Notes: a model not told the origin generated them from the letters alone. A stretch of DNA of 64,000 nt from Octopus vulgaris (GCA_951406725.2 OX597817.1:41478001-41542000); one strand, 5' to 3'; shown: positions 15,525 to 29,038, counted from the stretch's first letter. Made by a program: numbers and translations.

Positions 15525-15693
15525 ATTATATATGTAGAAAGTGATTGGTATTAGGAAGGACATATGCCATAGAAACTATATCAGAATAGAGGTTGGTATT
15601 TGGTGCAGCCACCGACCTTACTCGCTCCAAGCAAGCTGTCCAACTTTTGCTAGTATAGAAAACACACATTCAATGAAGATGATGAAGTGTTTA

Positions 15694-15729
<36 letters not shown>

Positions 15730-15736
15730 CATACAT

Positions 15737-15785
<49 letters not shown>

Positions 15786-15787
<2 letters not shown>

Positions 15788-16008
15788 GGAGTAAACACAT
15801 AAATGTGAAACAAGGTGGAAAAAAGAGTACTCAAATACCAGTGGTAGAGTAATATGCTTTATTTAAAGCAGCAGAAAATTCAACAAAATCTGTTACTCTG
15901 AGTTTCTCGTTGCCGTTCATCAGACAGCTTTTGCTAAACTGTCTGATGAATGGCAACGAGAAACTCAGAGTAACAGATTTTGTTGAATTTTCTGCTGCTT
16001 TAAATAAA

Positions 16009-16014
<6 letters not shown>
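15786..16014. mobile_element. Penelope-like fold-back insertion: 71-bp perfect-arm palindrome with a hammerhead motif in each arm
   Basis: 15857-15927 pairs with 15939-16009, with one G-T pair and an 11-nt loop. The plus arm reads ctgt-CTGATGA-atggcaacga-GAAAC-tcaga-GTA-acag. Confidence 0.8.
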
Positions 16015-16086
<72 letters not shown>

Positions 16087-16949
16087 ATAGTTTCTATATA
16101 TGGGATGGGAAAGAGAGAGATGTACGTTAAAACAAATTGAAGAAAGAAAAAAGAAACTAGCCCTCTCTCAAAAAGTTTAGCATCTTAAAATTGCCTTCCA
16201 TTAAAATACCTTATGACAAGAACAGTATGTTAACAAATAAGTCAAAAGAAGAATACTTTTATAAGATGAACCAACTTTTCAGTTTTAATAATTAAAACAT
16301 CTATTGAAGCATTCCTTTTCTGAATTTTCTAGGTAGCTAGCTAATGGAAAATATTTCCCATAGCTAAATTTTTTTATTTATTCTTATAATATTAAAATTC
16401 CAGAGTAAGAGTGCTTCTTTATGTGAACTAGATATGTGAAGTTTACAGCTATCATTTTTTTTTGTATTTTGCTTCTTAAGGTAAAAATTCAAGTAAATAA
16501 CTAACAAAGACATTTAGCAACCATCAACATATTTCTCACCAAATTAACAGTTGTATATAAGACAGGACATGCACCAATTTCAAAACAGATCAGTGTTAAA
16601 TGCATTCTATTTTAACACATTATTTTTCTCCTTACATAATACTCAAAAACTGCTACACCAACAAAATATCCTGAAGATAAGTTTCCAAAGCCTACTAGTT
16701 TGGAATTACAGCTTTCAAACCATGTAGATATCTGTGTAGATGTTAGTAACCTTCAGTGGATGTGAAACAGTTAGGAATGGGAGATTTGACTGTCATTTTT
16801 AGCTGGAACATAGTTTATATTGATGTGAGAGACATTTTCCTTTAAACAAAAGTTGACTAAGGAGCTTAACTCTTGTTGGTTACAAGCGTATTGTTCCCTT
16901 TGATTGTTTTATTCATTCTCATTACTCAGGTGTATCGTAACCTCACATA

Positions 16950-17450
16950 ACTTTAAACCCATAAGACACCTCGATATATATAACTGCTTAGGTTGAAGAA
17001 TTGCTTTATTTATACAAGTGTGGACAATCACATTAAATGAGGGGTTAAACCAAGCAATGATGTTCTTGCTTTTCGTCTTGGCTGGAAATTCATAATTTTA
17101 GCTGATTGCTGCCTGGTCAAATATTGTTTCATTGAAGCATAACCAACATATTTATTTACATATGGTGCCTCAGACAGTATTGGATGAGTGATTAAATCTC
17201 ATACCAATGTATATTATTTGGTAATTGGTCTCCTAAGAGAGCTTGCTCCTATTATCCTGAAGGTGAAGTTTAGTGAGGCATCCAAATATTCACCAATCTC
17301 ATATGTCATTCTACAAAATCTTTCAAGTGATATTAACAGAAAATTCATAAAATCTTTTCTCAGACTGCATCTATGGCAATTAGAGTTTACAATGTCATTA
17401 TCTGCATCAACAGTTATTGCTGTTTGGGCCCCAAGTTAACCCCAGTACCT
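16950..17450 (-). pseudogene. Highly decayed Penelope-like reverse transcriptase fragment
   Basis: Minus-strand translation gives ordered patches EYLDASLNF, IYIGMRFNHSS, FNETIFDQAA and KSKNIIAWFNPSF. These resemble PLE motifs as recalled (FLDVTLNL, YI...SNHPP, NEEIF..AA, RNIIWFNPP), with frameshifts. Confidence 0.65.
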
Positions 17451-17964
17451 ATAATGTAGAGCATTTCAGTCATAACTATTTGGTCTTTTCCTCTGACATA
17501 ATGTATGCAATGAAATCTTCCTTTTCTTTTTGATGTTGTTTGGAAATTTGGCTAGTATTTCTAGCATGTCAAGTAGCTACATAATAGCTGTCTCGTGGTT
17601 CAGTACAAGTGTTGCTTACACATCAGTTTAAGAGGGAGGAATAAGTCTACCAATCACAAATTTCAGTTCCATCAAAGCAGGCATTATTACACCAAACTCC
17701 TTTCATCCATCATCCTACACTATCTAAAAGAGAAAAAAAGGATTTTCTGCTATGGTATATTTGAGTTCTATCTAGCAAAAGTTTCATACCCTCTGTTATG
17801 TAAAACCAACCACAAATTGTAAGCTATTCTTGTTGCATCTAAATCTTATCTTTTTCATGACACCCAAAACAATATTTGTTAAGATTACTAGTTTTAATTT
17901 CATATCCCAAATTTTTATATCATCCAAATCTTCAAATTTTCATGAATTTTTCAACCTTCTTAGT

Positions 17965-18178
17965 TTTTACTTATTCCTTTATTGCCCACAAGGGGCTAAA
18001 CATAGAGGGGACAAACAAGAACAGACAAAGGGATTAAGTCAATTACATCGACCCCAGTGCGTAACTGGTACTTAATTTATTGACCCCGGCGGAATTTGAA
18101 CTCAGAACATAACGGCAGACAAAATACCGCTAAGCATTTCACCTGGTGTGCTAACGCTTCTGCCAGCTCGCTGCCTTA
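17965..18178 (-). mobile_element. SINE family B (tRNA-derived)
   Basis: Minus-strand head ggcagcgagctggcagaagcgttagc with B-box gagttcaaattcc; body gaccccagt...ctggtactt. Confidence 0.85.
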
Positions 18179-18680
18179 GCTGTTTCTATCTACTTAGATG
18201 CCCATGTTAAATCAACATCATTAATGGCTCTTAACAAGGCCAATTATTGAAAGCTTTCCAGCTGTGTCTAGCACTTTCTTTTCACATATCCAGGATTATA
18301 TCCTATTTCTAAGATAATACTGTGTGATTTGAGAAACATTCAACTACTACTTCTACCAGACAAGTGACTACATAGGTGCTCCTTCGTTGGCCTGTGCTAT
18401 TATTTTATTCATGTATGTATCCAAATTCAAGAGGGCTGTTACTTCATATAAAACATTATTATGCAGGAGATAAAAAACACTTAGTACAATCTATTTTAAA
18501 TATTCTACTTCACAATATCGCAAATGATATTCAGCAAATACACCATTGATGGTACAGAATGTGAATAATGTTATAAACATATTAAAGAATGATAATTTTT
18601 TTTATATATATAAAGTTAAGAATTTGCATATAAAAACACTATGGTGACATGTTACATTAGATATTAGAAAAAGTAAGTAC

Positions 18681-18773
18681 CTGTTTGTCCATAGGCAAAA
18701 ATACAGCCATTATAACCCTCGTATGCCAGCTTCAAAATATCTCGTCCTAGACATTCAAACACTTTTGCTTGGC
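18681..18773 (-). CDS. KIF13: Kinesin-3 (KIF13A/B, Khc-73-like) motor-domain exon ending inside the P-loop
   Basis: Minus strand reads ttttag|GC CAA GCA AAA GTG ... GGA CAA ACA G|gtactt: 93 nt, phase 1 to phase 1. It encodes [30 protein letters not shown](G), matching the kinesin [13 protein letters not shown] motif and the KIF13-type Q..VF.CLG..IL pattern. Confidence 0.93.
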
Positions 18774-20154
18774 CTAAAATAGAGAAATTACATGTAAACA
18801 TGAAATATTCATATATGCAAATATATAATAAATCGATATAATGGGGAAAAAATGGTTGAATTTTCTTGTAAAGTGCATAGCCAAGGATTTTGGGAATATT
18901 TTCCAAACGGATTTCAAAGAAGAATAATAATTAAGTTTTCAACTCCTCTGATATAAAAATTATTATTTTATAAATTATTTTATGAATGAGAACTTTGATT
19001 AAAATTGAATAGAGCAAAAACATTTTTTTCCCCAATTTCTTTTTTGCTTAATATAAAAAAAAAACTTTAATTGATAAATGTTTTCCAGTTTATCATTCAA
19101 TCAACAAACATATTCAAATTATAGAAATTTATTAAAATCCACCCATATCATGGTGTACAGGATTAGTTGTAATAACTGAATCAATTGGAAATTTTATAAT
19201 TAAGACAACCAACACCAGCTAAACTATTTAAACAAAATCTATGAAAGCAGGCAAGACAAATGTTTATCAAAATCCATAAAAGACAAAAAAAGAGTAAGTG
19301 GGGAGAACCTCAACTCCATAATTTTTTCCCATTAGAATGATTGAAACAAAGAGGAAAGATCATTAAACATTCATAAGACATGTAAAAAGAAAATTTTCTA
19401 TACCATCTCCCCTTTGGCATAGATAAATATTTACCTTATTGATAACAGATACTCTCAAGTTATTGCCTGCATGTTCCATATGAAGGAACCAGTTTAAGAT
19501 GCATAACTTCTCCCTTTTTAAATTACTCTATCACATCCTATCCCTCTGTCATTTACTTCCCCTTGCATTTATCTAATTCAGTTGGACACCTTGCATAGCA
19601 TTTAGTATAGCCAGACAAAATGTACCCCTAGTTTCTAGTGATAATAAGTGTGCAAAAAGTCTGTAGTTGTGATAAGAAATAAAGACAATAACACGCCATC
19701 GTCATGGTAAAATGTATGAAGACACTGTATTGTGGTCATGGCATCAAATATGAAGAAGACATCATGCTAATGAAAATTTTGTAACATAAATAGATTTTCA
19801 CACATTCAATAAAGAATACAAACAGCCAACTAATTGTGGACTACTCAGTGGAGCCTGAGAGTTAAATGGACTCTGAAGTGGGACAGGTAAATGATAACAA
19901 GCACTAAGTCTATTTTAGAGAGCAATTAGAGGTGAGTCTGTTCAATTTGAAAGCTAAGGTATAGAGTAACCTGACTGTGAAAATCAGAGTGTGGAAAATT
20001 GATTGATGTCCCTGCTCAGAGAGATATTGAAAAGAAGAGATCTTTTAAGTTAGAGGACATATGGCCATTTCTAAGGAAGCCAGTCTGGAATTTTACTAAT
20101 AGCACATAAAAGCCTTTCGTATATACTGCTCTTTATTTTTTTACAAAGAAGATA

Positions 20155-20496
20155 TTGAACAGACAGACAAACCTACTTCATGGTGACATTGTTAAGAAAT
20201 ATGAAGAAGGAATGCCATATTTATGTGAATCTCTCATAACCATTAATGAACAAATAGCTTATTTATTTATTGTACAAAAAGCTGAATTGCCAAGCATTTA
20301 TATTTCTCAGCACCATGATTCCAATGCAACACTTATACTCCTTGTTGCAGAGAGCAGCACAATGCACAAAAGATTCATTCTTGCAAGGTATTGCAATGCA
20401 GCAAACACTGAAAAGGTTGTGTGGTTCCTGTTTAATGTTGGGAGACAGATAGTAAATACTATAAAACACATGAATACACAGCTGTTTTCTCACTGA
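20155..20496 (+). pseudogene. Possible decayed piggyBac transposase fragment
   Basis: ORF patches LITINEQIAYLF, IYISQH, LLVAESST and EKVVWFL..VGRQI follow the order of piggyBac motifs (ITIDEQLVPF, QYIPSK, LCDSST, ERVV.EL...GRNI). The catalytic Asp positions are not retained. Confidence 0.45.
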
Positions 20497-22365
20497 TACC
20501 ACTCTCATCAAGAGAATGCACCACTGATGACATTGAATAGGTCAAAGATTCAAATGCCCTCAACTGTATCATAATGAATACAAAATGATTTATTAATGTG
20601 TTTTTGAAGCTCAGAAGCTTTCTGCTTTATTTTTCTTTTCTTTTTCTCCTCAATAAGTTAGAAGATCAATAGCTTTTTCTGAATAAATATAGAATATTGA
20701 ATACAATGTGTATTGCAGCCGTTTGCTTTATGCTTAATAGAGATATTGTGAACAATTCACAAATACTTAAATTTTTTGGAAACACTATCTGCTTTATTAT
20801 TCATAACAGTGTTTAATATAGTTGACCTTGCATGCAATTAAAACAAAACTAAAACCACAATAACATTAATGGGGTGTAATTAACTGATTAGTATTTAAAC
20901 CTAAGGCATGCGTTTCACAATATTTACAATGGTAAGATCAGAAAGCTTTCGTCTGTACATCTAATTTAATGTTTAAAAAGAAACCGCGAATACAGAATAT
21001 TTATTTTTATTAGCAACACACTCCTCGCTGATAAGAATATTTCTGAAGTGGCATAACTAACAGCATAAAATGTAAGCAATTAGTCAAAATCTCAAAAATA
21101 ATTTAAAATATAGAAGAAAGGAAATTAACTAAACACACGTTGAAATTGAAATATGTTATCAGATTGACCAATCTAAGCAAATTGGCAGATTCAGATTGTA
21201 AAGAACGATAATAATAGTATAAAGTTTTCATCAACTCGCAATTTATTAGAGTTTATTTCATGTGTATTAGTCTATATCAATCATTATATATAATGTTGTT
21301 CTGCTGTTTAATATGGTTATATGCACAATACAATCATGGATCAAAATAAGCAAACAAATTAATAATGTCTTTGAAAAGCATGTAAAAATACAAAGCAAAT
21401 GCTCAATTTTTTTCTTCTTTGTCTTGCACACGATGATTGGAGTTTATCACAGCAATGCTTTTTAGAGCAGTTTGATTGAGAGGCCTGAAATCTTACTTTA
21501 CCATTAAACAAAATGTAATTTATAAATTACAAACAGAATTTCAGGCACATCATTATCGTTTGACATCCGCTTTTCCATGCACTGTAGTATTTCCCCATGG
21601 CCAGAAAAGTTTTCATAGAATATAGGAAACAAAGGAAGCAACTTGTATGATGGTATCTCTTATTAAAAAACTATCACCCAAAGTCAAGACAAGTACAAAT
21701 GTATACACACACGCAAATGCGTGCGACAAGCTTCTTTCATGTTTTTCTGCCAATTCTACTAACAAGGATTTGGTTGGCTTAGAGATACAGTAGAGGACAT
21801 GGCCCAAGGTGCAATGCAATGGGATTGAACCTGAAGGTTAGGAAGCAAATTTCTTAACCACAGAGGCATGCCTGCACCTCAGAATATTTAAACAATCACT
21901 AAGCATTAGATGTTTATAAATTACTAGGTGTTTACAAATCATGACTGTTGTGAGTTTCTTGCTTAAAAGCAGTTTCCCAGCTATTTTATAGTTTTCTATC
22001 CACTGTGTAGGTAGGGCTGTTGAACAACGAACTCACACACAAACACACACAGAACACCTGGATTTAGGACTGGATGATATTAGGAAGGGCACCCACTCAT
22101 AGAATCTATGCCAAAACAGACAGTGCTTGGCACAATCTTCTGACATACCATCTCCTGTCCAACCCATACCAGCATGGAAAACAGATATTAAATGACGATG
22201 ATGATGAAGCTATAATATAACAAGATAAATTGAGCTCAGAACTTAATAGGGAATTTCATTTCTGTAGTCTGGACCGAACTACAAAGGTTTAGATTGTTGC
22301 ACAGTTTATTATATAACATACATGCTATTCTGTAAGATTTATATTTAAACATTATTGGTTATTCT

Positions 22366-22730
22366 TTCACTTGTTCCAGTCACTGGACTGTGGCCATACT
22401 GGGGCACTGCATTGGACTGTGGCCATACTGGGGCACTGCATTACAATAACACCAGTATTATTGTAATTTTTATTTAAAAACCTGGAATTTATCCTACTGC
22501 TTTCTCAGCCAAATTCCTAAGTTATGGGGATGTAAACAAACCAACAATGTTCATCGAGTAGTGGGGGAGGAGGAACAAAACACACACAAGCACACACACA
22601 CACACAATGGGCTTCCTCACAATTTCCATTTATTAGATTCACTTACAAGGCATTGATCAGTCTGGGATTATTTAAGAAGATACTTGCCTAAGGTGCCACA
22701 CAGTGGGACAGACCCTTAAACCATGTGATT
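22366..22730 (-). mobile_element. SINE family A copy with a 29-bp tandem duplication
   Basis: tggactgtggccatactggggcactgcat occurs twice at 22384-22441; the remainder matches family A. Confidence 0.8.
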
Positions 22731-22734
22731 ATTC

Positions 22735-22950
22735 TTTTCTATTCTAGGTAAAAAGCCCGAAATTTTAGAAAGGGGACCAGTCAACTAGATCGACCCTAGT
22801 ATGCAACTGGTACTTAATTTATTGACCTCAAAAGGATGAAAGGCAAAGTTGTTGACCTCGGCAGAATTTGAACTCAGAACGTAAAGACAGACAAAATACT
22901 ACTAAGCATTTTATCCGGCGTGCTAATGTCTCTGCCAGCTTGCCACCTTC
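22735..22950 (-). mobile_element. SINE family B
   Basis: Contains aaaggatgaaaggcaaagtt...gacctcggcagaatttgaactcagaacg...ctgccagcttgcc. Confidence 0.85.
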
Positions 22951-23556
22951 ACGTGATTATGAAAGCAAAATTTGTGAAGTACACAGTCATACTTGCACCA
23001 GTGCATCTTAATCTATGCATTCATTTTGTTTACACAAATTCTTAGTCCTCCTTTACCTGAAACATTATTGGCCAGAAATCCACCCCAACTCAACATAGGT
23101 TTCTCCTTTATCAGTGACCTTGCCATTATTCAAGAATAACAACTCAACATGTATCAATCTCAGTTTCAGAAAGTCTGAAAATGCCATTGGAACAGCCTCC
23201 TCCACCCCAACACCATAACCATTAACAAGAAGTAAAAACAAATGCTGCAAAAAATTCCTTCAGAATGGTACCAAACGATATAGAAAGATTAAAGAATGAC
23301 TATTCTTAAGCTGATGTAATCAGAAATGTGTTTAAAGCATATGTTTAGGTTCAGGTGTGGCTGTGTGGGTGAGAAGCTTGTGTTCCCAACCATGTGGACT
23401 TGGGTTCAGTCCCTTTGATGAGTACTTTGAGCAAGTGTCTTCTACTTAGCCCTGGGCTAACCAAAGCCTTGTGAGTGGATTTGGTAGATGGAAACTGAAA
23501 AATGTCCAGTGCGTATGTGTTGTATGTACACCTTGTCCCATCATCATGTGACGGTA

Positions 23557-23830
23557 GTGGAGGCACATGGCCTAGTGGTTAGAGCAGCGGACTTGAATTC
23601 AAGGGATTGCGAGTTCAAATCTCAGACCGGGCAATGTGTGTGTTTATGAGCAAAACACCTAAGCTCAACGCAGCTCCGGCAGAAGGTAATGGCGAACTTC
23701 TGCTGACTCTTTCGCCACAACTTTCTCTCACTCTTTCCTCCTGTATCTAGCACCTCACCTGTGACAGACCGGCGTCCTGTCCAAGTGGGAAACCGGCTCT
23801 TATAAGCCAGTGTGGCTCGAGAAGGAAGGA
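23557..23830 (+). mobile_element. SINE family C (tRNA head with A and B boxes)
   Basis: gtggaggcacatggcctagtggttagagcagcggac...gagttcaaatctc; homologous to 46108-46489. Confidence 0.85.
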
Positions 23831-26740
23831 ACATGTGATGGTTGTGAATAAGCATCACCATGACGCAAGCAATGTTGTTCTTTGCAAGTTTTCTGTCAAA
23901 AACATGTCTGGCTGTGGGAAATACTGGAGACAAGCGAGGGTGGGTAACAGGAAGAGCTTCCAGCTCAATAAAATCTGCCTCAACAAAGCTTGTCTGCCCC
24001 CATGCAAGAATGAAAAAAGGAATGTTAAATGATGATGAAGACGATTATGATGTAAATAATGGTGCCAACAAGTAGGATGTTGATATTATTATAATGGCAG
24101 CAGAGACAATGCCAGTAATAGACACGGAGATGATATGAGACAAGATGGCATACAAAGACAATATACATGACTAAGGAAGCCAGTCAGTGATAGCAAAGGT
24201 GAAGGGAGGGCGGTGGCTGGTTTGACATAGAGCTGCTATAATGATAATGCTGACAGCAGTAATGGTAATTATACAATGGTGATGTTAACAATACGAAAAA
24301 AACAACGTAAGAAACACAATGATAATGAAATGGTACAGTCTTGTTTGCAATGCAGTGTAGCAGTAATGTGTGAACAAGATTCGGTTGCAGTCAATAGAAT
24401 ACAATTTAACTCTATTGTAAACTGTAAAATTATTTCCAGTCATTGTCTTTCTCTCTCTCTCACTCAAAAAGAAAAAAGCTCTCTCTCTCTCTCTCTCTCT
24501 CATACACATACACAAAAGTATTTTTCAGTTTCTTTACCTTGCCACATTATGCCACATTGTAAAACAAGGTGGTAGCTTTTCTATGTGAATAACATTCAGT
24601 AGAAAATTAAATCTAACCTAAGGCATTTTATCTCTATTCTAATGAAACAAAAATATAAATGATAACATTTTCAGACATTTTCCAACATTTTAACCTAACT
24701 TTTCTAAACTGAAGCTCAAATTATCACGAATGATCTTTACATTTATCTATAAAATCAAATGCATTTTTTCTTCAATTTTTCTATTTTTCTTTATCATATT
24801 GGCTATTTCATTGATTAATCAATCAGTCTAGATCTAGAACCTATGTTAGAAATTGATACTGCTATTCATACGATCGATACACAACACCAGATTTACCAGG
24901 AAATCATATTGTAAGGATAACCGAAACAACAACAAAAGAAAAAAGAAAAAGAAAAAAAACTGTAGTTTAGCAACGCGTCTGGGGAAACAAATATAACCTG
25001 ATCTTGTTTACATCTGTTTTTTCTTTTTGTAGTTGTTTTTTTATCTGTCAGTCAATGAAGGCAAATAGTGCTCAACTGTTTAATGTCAGTTATTTCAACA
25101 CTTCACATAGTTGATAGCTTACAACAAACAACATTACATAAACAATTGCAATCATTGAATTCTGTCTCCCCACTAACCTCTTTTCTCAGTAGAATCTACT
25201 CTTATCAAAATGTGAACAGTATCTTATTTTTAAATGGCATCAATAGATGAATTATTTAGTTTTTAAGCCAGTTAACTGTTGGGTTTAAAAATAAAAATTC
25301 TATTTCTGATATGAAGGAATTCATTGAAACCCAATGAAAACAGTTAATGCAGCTTTGAAAAGCTTAGATGTCACCCTGAAGCGAGCATGACTTGGTAGGT
25401 TGGACCATGTTTTCGTAATATATTTTAGGTGTCTACGTAGTCACGAGCAGACACATACATCTTCTCACCCATCTTACTCTTGACCTGACAGAACAGAAAA
25501 GATGTGACAGCAGGAGGGGTGCACTAGCAGTTAGCTAGTGTTCGTTACAGCTGAGTAGACTAGTGCAATGTGAAATGGAATATCTCGCTCAAGGACACAA
25601 TGGTTGCCCAGAGCAGGATTCAACACAGTCATCTTCTTGCCTTTCCTACCTTTGACCAAGCACAACATAAAGGATATGATGGCTGGAGCACAGCACCAGC
25701 AGTTAGCTACAATTAATGCGAGCTGAGAGCAATATGAAATGGAATATTTTACTCAAAGTTACAATAGTCGTCCAGAGGAGGATTTGAACCCACAACCTTA
25801 CCATATGACTCAGCTTAGGTCATTCTCCTTTGCATACTTGGCTTCACAACCCTAAATTCAATAGCTTTCCTAATATACGAGTAAGCATCTTCTATAATAA
25901 AAATAAAGTTTTGCTCATTCTGATGGTTTTTGTCAAACATTTGTATATGCAAATAAACATTCTTGGAATATTGTGACATTCAAAATCTTCACATTTCACT
26001 ATTAGTAACTTTTGAAAGGGAATGCTAGAAACCTAGTCACATTTAGATACAGTCAGTCATCATCATCATTTAATGTCTGTTTTCCATGCTGGCATGAGTT
26101 GGACAGTTTAACAAGAGCTGGCAAGCCAGAGGACTGCATTAACCTCTACTGTCTGCTTCGGTTTGGTTTCTACAGCTGGATGCTCTCCCCAGTGCCAACC
26201 AATTTATGGAATGGCCTAGGTGTGTTTTATGAGGCACTAGCACAGGTGTGGTTTACAAGTAATTTGCAAGACAAAGACCCTTTAACTAGGAGAGAGAGGT
26301 GTATTGAAGGAAATGGCTTTGTGATAGAGGGACAGAAACAGGTGTCTTGCTGTAGAGGAGATACATGGCTACCCCAGTAAGAGGTGGGGGAGAGAAGATG
26401 GTGAAAGTGTGCCAGGGCATACTCTCAAGGTAAAGGTAAGTCACTCTTTATGTGAAATCCCATTGCGATTAATTTAAACATTTTCTCCTCACTTCAATTT
26501 TCTAATCATTTATAATTATTCTTACATGAGAACTGTGACTTAATAGATACAAAAGCTATAAGACAATGAAAGAGAGAATACAGCAAATAGAAAAACAAAG
26601 ACCAAACTAAAATTAACAAAAAAAAAAATCTGAGAATAAAAGTTTGTTGTTCAATAAATACTTAACCATTTGCCGGTCACATATATCATGTGATACACAG
26701 GACATTTTTCCCTGGTGTCCATGTATCATTTTTTTATACA

Positions 26741-27951
26741 AATGTGCAGAGAACAACTTCTGCCACATTCCAGGGAGAAAAACTAGAAGTAGTTGATAGC
26801 TTCTGTTATCTAGGTGACCAAGTCAGTGGCAGGGGAGGGTGCGTTGAAAGTGTAGCTGCTAGAATAAGAATAGCCTGGGCAAAGTTCAGAGAGCTCTTAC
26901 CCCTGCTGGCAACAAGGGGCTTCTCGCTCAGAGTAAAAGGTAGACTGTGTGACGCAAGTGTATGAACAGCCATGCTACATGGCAGTGAAACATGGACCGT
27001 GACTGCTGAGGACATGCGTAAGCTTGCAAGGAATGAAGCCAGTATGATCCGATAGATGTGTAATGTCAGTGTGCATACACAACAGAGTGTAAGTACTTTG
27101 TGAGAAAAGTTGGACCTAAGAGGCATCAGATGTGGTGTGCAAGAGAGGCAACTGCGCTGGTATGGTCATGTGGCAAGAATGGATGAGGATAGCTGTGTGA
27201 AAAAGTGCCACACCCTAGCGGTTGAGGGAACCTGTGGAAGAGGTAGACCTGAGATGAAGTGGTGAAGCACGACCTTCAAACATTAGGCCTCACCGAGGCA
27301 ATGACTAGTGACCAAGACTTTTGGAAATATGCTGTGCTTGAGAAGACATGGCAAGCCAAATGAGACCATAACCTCGTGGCCTATGCCAGGGGTGTAACCA
27401 GCCCACTTATGTGTACCTTTCCTTCATTGGACACTAAACTCTGCTTGTGAAGACCTGTTGAGGCAAGTGAAATCAAAATAAAACTTGATGACTGGCATCC
27501 GTGCTAGTGGAGCACTAAGAGCATCTTCCGAGCGTGATTGTTGCCAGAGTGGCTAACTGGCTTTCGTGCCGGTGGCACGTAAAAAGCACTATGCGAGTGT
27601 GATCTTTACCAGCGTCGCCTTATTGGCACTTGTGGCGGTGGCATGGGAAAAAACATTCGAGCGAAGTCGTTGCCAGTGCCGCTGGACTGGCTCCTGTTGC
27701 ATGTGGCACGTAAAAAACACAATTTAAGCATGGCTGTTGCCAGTACTGCCTGACTGGCCCTCATGCCAGTGGCACGTAAAAGCACCCACTACACTCTCGG
27801 AGCGGTTGGTGTTAGGAAGGGCATCCAGCTGTAGAAACTCTGCCAGATCAAGATTGGAGCCTGGTGCAGCCATCTGGTTTGCCTCAGTCAAATCATCCAA
27901 CCCATGCTAGCATGGAAAGCAGATGTTGAATGATGATGATGATCATGATGA
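26741..27951 (+). mobile_element. 5'-truncated RTE-clade LINE (RT C-terminus, repetitive 3' UTR, (GAT)n tail)
   Basis: Translation EKLEVVDSFCYLGDQV...RIRIAWAKFRELLPLL...MLHGSETW...RQLRWYGHVARM...GRGRP with in-frame stops. It ends with aacccatgctagcatggaaagcagatgttgaatgatgatgat. Confidence 0.92.
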
Positions 27952-29002
27952 TTCCCGATTTGTTTTCAACTGCCAGAGTAACTTAGGACTTATAAAAAGA
28001 AGCTTTATAATACTTAGAACTTATGAAATAAAGGCAAATTAAAAGTTTGAAAATGAACATGGACATTTAGGAAAAAACTTCTGAAAACACTTTGGACAAG
28101 GAACAGGCTATCTACTAAATACAGTAAGGCCTTGTTCAATGCATATATTTTCTTCCATATTAACCTAATAATTCCTGCAAGTCAAGGATCACAAGTCTTC
28201 TAGGAAAAATATTCCACACTTGCAGAAAGACTCCCACACTTCAGTAGCCTTTACCATTTGTCCACCTCCAAGTTTTGAATTACTAATAATAGTAGTGTAT
28301 TTATATTACTGAACCTTAGAATGGCAAATATCTCTATCATTCCAAAATCCATAACCAGCAAGTAACTTGAAGTATTTATTGGAATTTTTCTCCAAGATGA
28401 CCATTCAAATTGTCTGCTTTTAATCTGTGAAACGGGCCTTAGCAGTGTGCTGTAAACTAAAATCCAGTTAATCTGCTGTTGAATATTAGATCTTGTTAAG
28501 TCCAAAGCAGGTGAGATTGCTTCATAATTTAATCAATTACTTTCACATTCAATAAAATCTAAGAGTACAAATGGAATATCCAAAACTATGGGTTGTGCTA
28601 AGCAATCCAAATTAAGTTAAACAAGCATCAGTAATGGTGATTATCAGAACACATATGACAAGTAAAATACATTATTGATAACTTCTGCTGTAAACATTAG
28701 TTACTGCAGTAACAATATCAATAAATGATGCTGATGAGTTAGAGGAGGAGAAAAACAAAATGGAAAATATGCAACTTAAACACTGAATCAATAATTTCTG
28801 CTAGGAGATGATTGTCACTTCGCACAGACTTTTCTATTTTTTTTTCTCTGGGCACAGCTTTATTCCTTCCTTATTAATACATATATAATTTTTAAAGAGA
28901 AAACAGCATAAAATAGCAGATTATTCTGAACCAACTTGTAATATTTCAATTATAGGGACCAAATCCAAATATATAATATTGTTGACTTGACTAAAGTAAT
29001 AA

Positions 29003-29038
29003 TAGGAGCAGGCATAGCTGTGTAGTAAGAAGCTTGCT

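Noticed and set aside
15857-16009. microRNA precursor
   Set aside because: The stem is too long and too perfect, and is better explained by a fold-back of a hammerhead-bearing repeat. An endo-siRNA source is not excluded.
18664-18906. 80-aa ORF as a complete gene
   Set aside because: Only 18681-18773 is kinesin-like and bounded by splice sites; the rest is intron read-through.
23057-23250. Possible minus-strand exon with a donor near 23056
   Set aside because: No kinesin similarity, and the two real exons already join seamlessly across it.
27490-27800. CRISPR-like repeat-spacer array
   Set aside because: Eukaryotic context, degenerate repeats, spacers related to each other, no cas genes, and it lies inside a LINE 3' UTR.
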